NCBI RefSeq assembly: GCF_964355755.1
Contig: NC_092674.1
Location: forward strand, 9,610,001-9,674,000
Direction: 5' to 3'
From: Antedon mediterranea
Lineage: Eukaryota; Animalia; Echinodermata
DNA length: 64,000 bases
Positions 36,614 through 49,300 of this stretch are shown piece after piece. The translations under genes were made by a program, and so were the position numbers. Within the stretch, counting starts at the first letter, position 1. Each line of letters starts with the position of its first letter. The notes under the pieces were generated by a model that saw nothing but the letters and a program-made list of their open reading frames with translations, made no database searches and had not been told where the DNA came from.

Positions 36614-39600
36614 ATGGCGTTGAGCTATGACGACGTGTTGTCTTTAATTAGCATCCAAACTGTTGTTTTACTTGTCTTCCTAATTATATTGGCATTATGG
36701 TTATTGAAGTCTGATAATAATTTTCCACCTGGTCCTCGTGGCTGGCCGATTGTAGGATCTATGCCTTATATGTTCGGTGAACCACACGAGACATTCGAGA
36801 AATGGACAAGAATATATGGTGATATCTTCACAGTCAAATTGGGCTCGGAACCAGTAGTGATTTTAAACAGCTCTGATGTTGTGAAAGAGGCGTTAAACAG
36901 CAATGGGGACAAGTTCATCGACAGACCGCTTTTACCAATATTAAAATTAGGCTATACGGTAAAAGGTAGGTTAGATTTAGTAACTGACGATAGGTACCTA
37001 ATTGTTTTACAAAATAGGTCTAATAGTGGATTATAATCCATAGATTGGATTAATCTAAAACCAGAGCACTTACAAAAAAGAATTACTATTGTATTACAAT
37101 ACTTTTTGAGTTCCCTAACTACATGATTTCTTTGAAATCTTGATGTATGAATTAAAGACTAATGACCTTAAAAATTATTTGCAAATTTTCATTTCAATAC
37201 AATGACAATATACACCAATAATTAATTTTAATTAATGATTGATAATGATAATTTATAATTTTTCTATTGAACAGGAGGTGTCATTTTTGTGAATGGACAT
37301 CCCTGGCTTGAACTTCGACGCTGGTCATCTAGCTTCCTCCGTGACTATTGCCACGGCAAGAAAGGTTCACTTGGAAGACAGTTGAACTTAGAGAGCCAGT
37401 TGACTATAGAAGCTGAACACTTGTGTCAAGAATTTGGTAAACACGAAAAGCCCTTTAATCCATTTCATTACATAAATAATGCCGTGTCGAATGTTATTAC
37501 TGCTGTTTGCTTTGGCGATAGATATGAGTACAGCGATCCAAAATATAAGGAACTGTTAGAGGGGATAAGATACCTATTAAAGTGTAGCGGATTCATAACT
37601 CCGGTAAATACCATTCCTCTTTTCTATTACACCCCATTGTATAAGCGCTTTCGTCAAACGATGTCTAATGCAAAGTTATTTATTGAGGATAATATAAAGC
37701 GTCATGAAGAAACATTCGATTCTGAAGATATTCGGGACATCATTGACGCATATCTTTTGGAGCTTAAGAAAGATGATGTTGATACCAGTGTGTTTTGCAA
37801 AGACATATTCTGGCGGACCATTCTTGATTTATTTTTTGGTGGAACTGACACTATTAGTTCCACACTTGCGTTTGCTATGGCGTTCTTGGTGAACTATCCA
37901 GAGGTACAGAAAAAGGTAGGCTCTAAACTGCCAGTTGGTTAATTAATAAGCGTGCGTATCAGATTGCATTTAATTCACACTTGTTCCGTTTGAGCGGCAT
38001 GGAAGATGGCGTCATTTTGTTAAATTAAATTTATTTGTAACGGGTGATCACTCCTCTTAGCATGTGTCTTGCGCAATACTAGCACCGCGAATTACATATA
38101 ATAAATTTTACTCGGACCTAGTCTCTCGAACTTCCGAATGAATAAAAAAATGACACTAAGGAATCGTGAGGATTCGGTTCACGGTTAACCACTACACTAA
38201 ACTAAAATTTAAAAACTTTTTATTAAATACAATTATAGAACAAAAGAATATTTAAATTAAACCTAGTATAACCTGGCACTACTCAAGTGAGATAATCGAG
38301 AATGTGCATAATGTTTTAGTTAAGCAAAAGGTGAACCGAATAATCAAAATAATACAGTGAACAGTGCCCGATCCAAATAAAAAAGAATTAATAACAAGTT
38401 GACAGTCTAGTATCTAGTCGACACCAGTCTTCTTCTCTTCCATTCAATAGAAGAGAATTATTAATTGATAGTAGCTGTTTCTTTTTCTCATCTAAATCTT
38501 AAAAGGACCAAATAAATACAGAATAAAACACAGACAGACTGTTTCGTCCAGAGTCCGGACTGTTCCTACAGCAGTTCCCTTATATTTCTTCGATGTCTGT
38601 CTATCTGTATCTGAATTCCTTTCTTTGGTCTCTGTGTTTCTATTTTATAAGAGGGTTAAACCCCACGCCTGTAAGTCCATTCATTGATCCTGATTGATTA
38701 ATGATTTGTTTGTTCATTTGTTTATATTGCTTCTATGAATTGTTGATTAATTAATAATGGTTCTTGACTTGCGTCCTTTTTTATTTAGCTACAAAATGAA
38801 GTGGATGAAGTAATTGGTCAGAAGAAACCAAAATGGAGCGATCGTCATTCGATGCCATACTTGGAAGCCACAATAATGGAGATACAGCGGCTGGGTAACG
38901 TTACTCCGTTTTTTGGACGGAGCACTACAGGTGATGTTAAAATAAGTGGTTACACAATTCCAGCTGACACTACAGTATTGATAAACCTATTCAGCGTCCA
39001 TCGTCATGCAGAAAAATGGGAAAGACCTCTGAACTTTGAACCGGAACGATTTTTATCAGGTGATCTAAAGACCATTCGAAAGCAGGAGCCATTTCTTCCT
39101 TTCGGTTTAGGTGGGTAGCTGATTATTAAGTTGGTTAAATCCATCAATACTTCTATAATAACACCTAAATCAGTGTGGTGCAAAATCAGCAAAAATGTAG
39201 AAAAAAATAAAAGTATCTTTATTCTGAGATAAGTCTATTGTGCGACTAAGAACTTGTTTATTTTGTAAAATTGTGCGCGCGCTGCTGGCAAGAAACATTG
39301 TACGTCTGATCTGAAATTGATACAAATTCTCTCATTTATCCGAGTCTAAATTAAATGTAAATTAAGTTGCGAAACACCTAAAACCATTTCGTGAAATGAA
39401 GAACCATAATACTAGTCCGGTCAATGTAGAAAAAATAATGGTTATACCTAGACAAAATTAGAAAATGGAGAAAAAATGTAGTTGAAGAAATTAGGTCAAT
39501 ACATAACACCAAAATGGCCGCTATCTACAGTACATTATTTTTTCTATTTATACCAGGTATAGTCTATAAAATCTAGAATTTTAAGTCAAACAAAAATGTT

Positions 39601-40917
39601 ATTTTTTAAATTGAACACATAATGATGTGGAGATAAAACTCCACAAATTAGGAACATATGTAAATTACCTAAAGTATGCAAATTGAGGGGAAAATATAGG
39701 GTAGCCTACCCATAGAACGCCAACTAGTTGTAGAGAGATTTTTTCCTAAATTGTTAAATATGTATGTTTATATTCCTTCTTATGAACCTTTTTGTCCAAC
39801 AATTTTCGGAAATGCTGTATTCGACCTCTGACCTTATTTTCAAAGGATTAGGTAATTTTCACTGGATTTACGTATCTCCATAACTACTCTAGGTAGAGAC
39901 ATAATTTAAGTCTCAATACTTTTACCTAGGTCACACATTGGGAACATATGTAAACTAGAAGGACACACTAGTTGCAACCTCCGGAGTAAAAAGAGAAAAT
40001 GGATCGAGAATCGTGATAAAGATTCGTATTGTAGTTTTTACATATGGCTTAAGTAAAATGATAAAAAAAAGTAGTTCAGAATTGGGATCCTGATCCGAAT
40101 TGCCTCCAAAATGTAATGGAGTTGTTCCTGACAACATTTCAATTTGGTAAAGATCTGGAATGGGGATATGTTCAAGCTAAGGTTCATCTTGAACCCTCCC
40201 AGCTGATTTACCATCAGCTCCAGATTTTCTTCTAACGGTTATTTAAAGCCATTGCAAACTGATTGCAATACAAGAAACTTTAAGATGTCATGTCGAGTCA
40301 TAATTTTTTGTTGAGGCTAAAATAGTTCATACATTAAGCTAGTCTGATTATATGGTTTCACTGAAATGCAGTTTTAGTCGCGTGGACGCGACTCTATAGT
40401 TCACTATGTCGGTCGGTCGGTCGGTCGGTCGGTCTGTCGGTCTGTCTGTCGGTCCGGTATCACTATGCGTTTTAGCAAGCGACTTATGGCTGTTGGCCTT
40501 GTTCCTTCTAATAAACAACTTTACATCTTTCTCAAACGTTTCCCTTTATAATGGCAGCCATTTTGAAGTATATTTACCATCTTGAATTTTTAAAAGTTGA
40601 ACAATATTTTTTAAATCTGTGCTTTAATACGGATATGAAACAAATTGCGAATTTGACATTTCTACTGTATCTAAAGTATTCTTCTACTGTGTCTATTCTT
40701 CTACTCTTTTTGACTTTAGTAAACTCTTCTTTCAGGTCGTCGGTTGTGTATTGGTGATCTGATGTCGAGAATGGAAGTGTTCCTTTTTACGGCAAACCTG
40801 ATACAACGGTTTGACTTTAAGGTACCAGAGAGAAGATGTGCTCCATCCGTAAACGACTGTCTGCCTGGTTTGACCCGACGTCCTAAACCGTTTGAAATAT
40901 GCGCCACTCGACGTTAA
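36614..40917 (+). CDS. Cytochrome P450 (clan 2-like), copy 4: join(36614..36965,37275..37915,38789..39110,40736..40917), ~498 aa
   Basis: PPGPRGWP, WLELRR, GGTDTI, EIQR, PERF and FGLG|RRLCIG. Canonical splice sites. Confidence 0.94.
40372..40502 (+). mobile_element. Minimal 130-bp copy of HINE family 2
   Basis: Same head, microsatellite and tail (GCGACTTATGGCTGTTGGCCTTG) as 22421-23228, with the interior deleted. Confidence 0.75.
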
Positions 40918-40974
40918 ATGGCGTCAGTTTTCAGGAATATGAAAATCAGGAGTAAAATTCACATGTATGATCTT

Positions 40975-41350
40975 AATCAAATTGATTTCCAACGCTCTTC
41001 AGCAAGCCATTTTAAAAGAAAGCTCAGCTACGCTATCTTACAGTATCACAGTATTTAACACATAAATTATTTCCGTATTTGAATAACACTCGCCCCCTTG
41101 TTATTAATTAATTTATAATATAAGAGAAATAATAATAGAACAATATTTTTGTATTTTCATTGTATAAATGTATTTATAAAAAAAAATTGTTGGAAACAAG
41201 CCTTTAGGCTTAAATGGTTGTCCCCTGCTTTCCATGTTTTTTTTTCTCAAGTTGTTGTATTATTTAATGTATTTATTTTCCTACATATTTTATGCTGTTT
41301 CAATATTGTACTGTCCGTGGAAAGCAATACATATTACTTACTTACTTACA
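40975..41350 (+). mobile_element. LINE 3'-end remnant just after CYP copy 4
   Basis: Short frame ..SHFKRKLSYAIL.. ending in a stop, an AT-rich UTR with hairpin AAGCCTTTAGGCTT, and a (TTAC)n tail. Confidence 0.45.
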
Positions 41351-42795
41351 CTATCGTTTAGAATATAAGTCTCCCACCCCTCCCCTTCTTCCAATAATGT
41401 TCCCACATGTACACAAAATATTGTATTATAACACATTTATATTTAATATTTGTAATGGGATTTACATGATCTACTGATCTACAATCTACCGAGCATGTCG
41501 ATACAATTTTTACTGTATTTTATCTCTTCTTGATATTAATTGTGTTTGTGATTTATTCATATTATAAGGGGAATTTGTTTAACTATAAATGAAAAAACAC
41601 CCTCCCCCTCTAAGAACTCCCTCTCCTAAATATGATTATGTTCATGTATTATTCATGATTTCTGCCTTAACTCGTTAAAAATAATACATCCTGAACTGCT
41701 TTTTACAAGAAAAATAAAAATACTGTATCAATATGCAGTCACGTGCTCAAGTTAGTGTTACCGGCCAAACGACCGACCGACAAAACCGACCAACATAGTG
41801 AGCTGTAGAGTAAAAATGGCCCATTTTCGGCCATTTATTTTCTGACATAATGGCATGCGCAGAATCGCACTTATGTGGTTTGCGCATGTTACGTCAATGC
41901 ATATTTTATACATGAGTCGATATTTGGCTATTTTTCGAGAAAAAATCCTTGTACTATAGTATAGGTAAATGTTAATAAAATGGCGCAATTTCGACCATTT
42001 TATATTTTGACATAATGCATAATGGTATGCGCATGCGCAAAATTAATTTCCAAATTTGCACCCTTTTATTTGTTGACATAATGGCATGTGCAGAATCACA
42101 TTCATGTGGTCTGCGCATGCTACCTCAATACTTTTTTATACTGTCGATATTTGCCCATTATTTCGAAAAAAATCCCTATACTATTAGCCTATAGTACACA
42201 TTTTTGTAAAATTGCGTAATGTCGACCCTTTTATTTTTAATGACATGCGCAGAATGTATCCAGTCGATATTTAGTTTTTTTTTTAAATGCGCGGAATTAC
42301 TGCGCATATAATTGAATAAGTTGATATTTTGGTCCTTTTTAAAATTTCGAAAAATTTACACGAGGCGCAGAATCACATAATCTGTTTCTGCACAAGTTCA
42401 ACACATAATTCGATAAGTCAACATTTTGGCCATTTTACGAAATTTCTCCCTGTACAGGGATTTCTTTTCAAAAAATTGCCAAAATATCGACTTTTAAAAA
42501 TATGATATGCTATAAAATGATAAATAATTATTATATTAGCCAGTTATGTAAAAAATATGTATTGAGGCAACATGCGAAGAACAGATTTTGTGATTCTGTG
42601 CATGTCACATTATGATATAGCAGGGAAGAGTATCACTCTTCCCTGGATATAGTAACCAAAATAACGACTTGCAACTATTATGCAATAATAATAATGTAGA
42701 ACCATAGCAACCATTTATTCATGCAAAAAATAAAGGCCCATAATTTGGCAATTTTTCGAAATTTCCCCTTTTTTCGGCGGCGCGCCTTTTCTTAA

Positions 42796-43084
42796 AGATG
42801 TATTGTCCCCTTGAAAAAATAATTATTAATGTCACCTAATAGTTATCCACTTTGACCAAAAATTGGATCGAAAAGAAAATGTATTTACCTAAAAAACTGT
42901 GATTTAAAGCAAAAAAATAGTCAAATTGGGTGCCAGCCAATGGGTTTTTGGTTGAATTTAACTATTTATTTTGCCATTTTATAAGTGAAACCAGTGATTA
43001 ACTTTATTAAAACTACAAAATGATCTATTCTAAGTCTGATTTTATTAATCTTTATTTTTCATGTTTTTGGGGGACAATACATCT
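42796..43084. mobile_element. Kolobok-like MITE
   Basis: Perfect 15-bp TIR AGATGTATTGTCCCC/GGGGACAATACATCT flanked by TTAA on both sides. Confidence 0.8.
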
Positions 43085-43313
43085 TTAATCATTACAGATT
43101 TCCTCATCTTTATTATTTAGTTAATTCATTAATTTTCAGTATATCACTTGGCGGTATAAATTACTGTAGTTCTATGCCTTTTATTACATTGTACTGTATA
43201 TTGTGTTATAACATATGAGATGAAGGTTGTTGTCAGAAGACACGATACTGTAGGTTATTTATTGTCGCTAGACATGATACTGCTCGTGTATTTTAGCAAT
43301 ACGTTTGATTAGG

Positions 43314-46300
43314 TTATACAATTGAACAGTCTAAATGAAGCGGGAAAAGGTCAACGTTATAAAGAGAATTGCACTGGCAACAACTTGGAAATGGTGCACA
43401 GCCAGAGTTACAGCATAGTAATACACTGTTGTTTGTTGACAGTAACACACTTTGTCCAAATGTAACTTTGTTTGACGATTCTTCCATCAATTCTAACATC
43501 ATCTGAACTACACACTGTGATTGATTAGCAATATCGAATCTTTCTTCTGGATCCACCAACAAATCATAAACAAATGGTATTGTATATATTTCAATAGTAC
43601 TATTACCTGCCAAGCACATTGGATCAAAATCTTGTCGATCAAGCGAGTATATATTTGTGGTCATGAAATGTCCTTTGTATCGCTTATTTCGAATGGCAAA
43701 AGGTCCCAAATCTGGGCTAGGTTTCGCGTTGTAATACAGCTGAGTTTTTCTTGGACTCTGGAGAATTAAAGAAATATATAATAACACGCTATGAATCGTC
43801 ATCAAAAATATAAGTAAAAATATATTTATTAGAAAGAAAGAAAAAAAGAAAGGAAAGAATAAATAAAGAAAGAAAAATAAAGAAAGCAATAAAGGAAGAA
43901 ATTCTAAAGGAATAATAAACACACCTTTTCACCGCTAAACATAACATCGCTAATATCATAGCCATCAAGGATAATGTCGAAATAATCCACTGGAGTACCA
44001 CTTAATCTTCTTAAAGTAGGCCAAATATCTAGATGACTTAGAAGCACCATTGAAACACCTTGTTTGATATGACCAGGCCATGACGCAATTGCGGGTACAC
44101 GTGATCCACCATCAAATGTGGAATACTTTCCACATCTCATTGATCCTGAAAACCCACCTAGAGTATGTTCTTTTTGAGCAGGTCTGTGAACAGAATGTTA
44201 ATGGTGTTGTCGTATTCTAAATAGATATCAAGATTCGCTTTGTTGTCACAAGATTACATGATATTTGAAAGGAAATATCAAATATATTGAAATTCAAATA
44301 TATACAAAAATGATAAACATAACAATAACAATAACTTAGCAAATGGTACAAAATAAAATACACAGACTCCAGCCACAAACTAGACACACACACACAATTA
44401 AACAAGGCCTATAGATGGCTGCAGTCGCATGCTTAAGTTACCGTTTACCGACAGACCGACCAACCGACCGAATTTGCTGAACATGTTTAAAAATGTTGGA
44501 AGTTTTTAAAAACATTAATATTTTTTTAATTTACACGTGCGTAGCCTGTCATATTTTACGTGCTTGTATAACGTAATTTCGAATTGAAAAGTGAATCAAA
44601 TATGATATTATTAAAGAAAGGTTGTAAAACAGAAATCGGACAATAGGCAATATTATTATTTAACGCGCAGTGCGCGTGCGAAAATCTGCGCACGGGTGCG
44701 AAAATCTGCGCACTTATGACAATTTTTGATATATCATGAATAATACCACCAAACTTGCGAGTTAGGATGACTATAACGAGGCACGAGGCATTTAATAAAA
44801 AGGCAAATTGTAAGTAATTAGCATAATAAAATGTTTTATTATGCTAATTACTTACTTATTTACATACAATATGTCCTATTGGTATATGAGAATAGTTTCT
44901 CGAAACATGTCACATTTACATTTTAAGGCAATTTGCCTTTTTATTAAATGCCTCGTTATAGTCATCCTAATTTTTGATATGCTTAAAATTGCCCGAAACG
45001 TAGGCCTACTCTTATTTCATCGAATATAAATTTTGACAATTTTGAAAATTTTAAGCGCGCGTACGCAGGCGCTACATGCGCTACGCACGTAATTGTATTA
45101 ATTATGAGAACCACATTTTATTTAATTGTGATTCATGCTTGTGAAGTATGATTACAAGCGCTTACGCATGCGTTACATGTGCTACGCATGTAATTGTTTT
45201 GCCATATGATGATTTATGCCCTGAAATTTATGAGTACCAAATTTTATTTAATTGTGATTCATGCTTGTGAAGATATGATTACAACCCGATTTCCTTAAAT
45301 CGTGCGTAGACCACGTAATTTTTGATTGAAAACATAACCACATCGATTCCTGGTGGCCATAAGGAATATATTGTGAAAAATTGACTTAGCTAGATGAAAC
45401 TGATATCAAGATAAGGCCATATACAAGTTAAGCGTGGTTCCAACTAGAACGCAACGCAACGTAACGCAGCGACGTATCGACGCAAAGTGATGTATTGCGT
45501 AATCGGAACCGACGACGCAACAGTGCTGTAAAAATCGCAGGTTTGATTTCACGCAGGCGGGGGCAAAGACGGCCATTTTCTTACGTTGCGTCGTTTGCGT
45601 TACGTGACGTCGCTAGTGGGAACCACGCTTTAGTGTTTACCGACCGACCGACCGACCGATATAGTGAGCTGTAGAGTCGCCTTGCACGCGACTAAAAACG
45701 ACGATTACAATGCAGTGGGAAAGCCACTTCGCGTTTTGACCGTTAAATCGTGTAAAATCGACTTACTTCCGCATTGACGATTTTGAAGCGCCACCTATCG
45801 TTGAAAACTGAAACCACGATTTTTCGTCGCCTAGCAAATAAGTGCTGTTTTATTTTAAGCTCTCATGAATATTTAAGAACCGACCAACATTACCTATTAT
45901 GGTAAAAGCATTTCCTAATAAGTATAATTGAATAACCAATCGGTTTCCTTCAAAGAAACCGAAGCTAATACAATACATTCGGCGATAGACTTGCCCCAAG
46001 TCTGTATTGTCTTTTTTTTTTTTATTTATTTGTTTTTATTTCGACCGCGATTTTTGTCTGAAAATACAGACTTGTGAAACACGTATAGAAATCGATTTGC
46101 AGACCGCAAACATCCGATAAGAATGACGTAGGTTATCATACCGTATTTGGCTATATGGGGCGGGCGGTATGTAAATATGGATTTCGAATCAACCAATGAT
46201 CATTTTGTTTCAAAATGAAAAAGATCGAGACGTACGTACAGTGCTGAATGTACGATCGAGACTGTTGAAATACAAAATCGTAATGCCAAGTTGTTTTGTT

Positions 46301-49300
46301 TATTAATTGTTTAGTCCTTGGCCTAGGCCTCTTTCGTAGGTCCCACTCAACTCGCACGCATGACCTGCCAAATAAAACGCCAATAAAGTAGCCCTACATA
46401 CCACCACCGGCACACAACAGGGCTACACCACCACACAGAACAGGACTGGGTCTGGGTGGGAATTAAATCAAAATTATCTCCGCGTAATAAATGATCCATT
46501 CAATGTTTGATTTGCGGAGAAGCTATAGCCTATCATATCAAGACGAGTTTTCATGTTCTTGGGAAAAAATCCCATCAAATGTTTACCAGACTACTAGGCA
46601 TTTAAAATAATTTCTAGCCTTCAGAAACTTTCATAAATGTACCCAAGTACACATTGTCTAAACGTAACATAGCGCATGCGCATCATCTTAGTTGTTGAGT
46701 CTTTGAAATTCTGAAATATGAATATTAAAACGGTGTACGAGTGAGTAGCCAATCGCATGCAGCTGAAACTAGTCAACCGGATAATCGTATGCACCAAGAA
46801 TTCTTGGTGTCAAACCACGTGACTTGTGCGTGTTTCCCCAGACGGAGTATCCAAAATCAAGTAGTATACGTATGAAACGCCATATGTGCCAAATTATTTA
46901 TCTTTTTACTAATATTAAGACAAAACTCCGTCTGGAACCCAGACTAATTCGGCGACTGAAGTCGGGACTCGTGAAATTTATAAATGTGGTACGATTTGAC
47001 TACTGTTTTGTTGTCCATTTTCTGAATAGTCGGAGGTGCATCCCAACAAATTAAAAAAATTATAATCAATTGTTTTATCAAGAATAATATTAGTTTAATC
47101 GAGTATGATATATTTCTATCCTGTTCAAAATTTGTTGGTGTATTCTCAGGCCTCGAAAGGTAGGTACATTTTCTAGCTGTGAGCGTGGTTTCGGCAACGC
47201 GAGACACGTGTGTCAGTATAGGCGATAGTAGCGAGACGTGTGTTGTACTGTGTTGATGCTGATCCGATAGTCGTTAAGTTGTACTGATTACGAGTATCAT
47301 TGGTCCTGGCCGGCCTAGCCTGGTGATCTGATCCCCACAAAAAAATACTTTTTTTCAATCAGTATTAATATTATTATTTTATTTTTCATTTATTATTTGA
47401 TTTATTAGGCTCAATAGATGCCTAGCTAGGCTACAGTAGGCCTAGCTAGAGGCTAGATTATATAAATAATAATAGCAAATACTGTAATATTAATTAATAA
47501 AATACAGCTTTTATTTCCCTTACTTTTATGTCATCATATAATATTATAATTATTATTATATACAACCAGACATTAACATTTTTTTTAAATAATATTTATT
47601 ATTTTTTCTGACACTTTCAGGAATCGTTGGTGATGCAGAGTTCTTTGTCTTTGTGACTTCAAACTGAGAGTGAAGTGGATAAAAAGATGACACCGGTACC
47701 TACCGACATTGTCATACCCAAACTATAATTTAATTATTTAAAACAAAATGTTGAATTACAAATATATGTATGTTGCAGAGGATTTAGATGAATTACAATA
47801 CAAATATTTATGTTGAATGCAAACCTACTACACTATACTCTGTAAATTATGTTATTGTCATGTGGTAGACCTTAAAAATTGAATATTTATTGTATGTTAG
47901 GCCTATTTTATATTTTATTAATACTGTATTAGTTTAATATTACTATTAATTTATATTATACAGTACAGTACTACTAGTTTGTACATGTTTTTACCCAAAA
48001 AAAATGAATAAATAATTTGTTATTCAATCTAATTGCTTGTTTGTTCATCAATAACAAAACAATTGTAAGTAAGTATATAACAGTTCTTGTTAGCCGGTTA
48101 TTTCAGGTCATATTATTAATATTAGCTAGGCCCGACGCGCCCGATCACAACGTCACTAAGTGACTTTCCGCCCCTGGAACAATCGCTCGCTAATAGGGCT
48201 AGGCCTCGGACTCGTATAAAAGTTATTATAATATTTATGATAAATATTCCTCAACTAAAATGTATACTGTGATAAATAAACAAGTAATAATATACGTTGT
48301 ATTGGAATGTATTTATTTATATGAATTCTTATACGCGGAAAATTGTAAACATCGCGTATATCGTTCGCTATAAATAAATTCATAAACACGATGACGATGT
48401 GTTTACAAAATGGCGGTTTCGCTAGTTTTCGATGGAACAAATAGTGGTACCTTTAGTTTGAATAGTCGGAGCTGCATCCCAACCACCGAATTTTGTATCT
48501 TAATATCGTATTCTGTAGATTATTAATTTTTCTAACAGGGATTTTAAATTCAGGACTGTTCAATTTTTCTAAATATTTTATTTTAACGATTTTCTAGGGT
48601 ACAATTTCGGAAAAAAGACATTGGTTGATTTTGCCGTTAAATTACAGATTATCGTTTTGTTCAAATACATTTAATTTTACATGACAATATATTAAAACCA
48701 TTTATGAATTTATTTCACTAACAATATTTTTCCGATAATCAGCTAAATTTACAAATATTGTGTTTTTCCAACACCCTAAAATTTAGCAATTTTGAACTAA
48801 ATTAGAAAAGTAGGGCGCCCTCTCCGAGTCGAAATTTGACACGATTTGTCGACTGGCTGTCCCACTGAATGGTATGGACACATGTTAAGACTCCCCGAAG
48901 ACTGAGGCTCTTGTAAAAATTTCACTAAATAAAAACGGAAAAGCGAGAAGACCAAGAGGACGATCGCAATCTACGTTGATCATGAATTTTAAAAGTATAC
49001 AGAAACCATTCATCCCATGACGAGAGGCGTTACTAAATAGTTGAAAGCGTCATGCCGCAAGACGAGAGGCGTTACTAAATAGTTGAAAGCGTCATGCCGC
49101 AAGAAGAGAGGACGAAAGCATGAAGCAATTCCAGTAAGAAAGACGTATGACTAGTTTTTATCAGAAGAGTCGTTATTTCTGTATATAATTCTCTGTATCT
49201 ACATCCTTTATCTCAGAATTTTAAACTTACCCATTATCTGATGTGAACAATACCAATGTATTTTCTAGGAGATCATTTTTTCTTAACTCGTCCATAACCT

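Noticed and set aside
38036-38760. Solo LTR in CYP copy 4 intron 2
   Set aside because: It begins TGTAACG and has minus-strand polyA- and TATA-like motifs, but I found no matching CA terminus or TSD.
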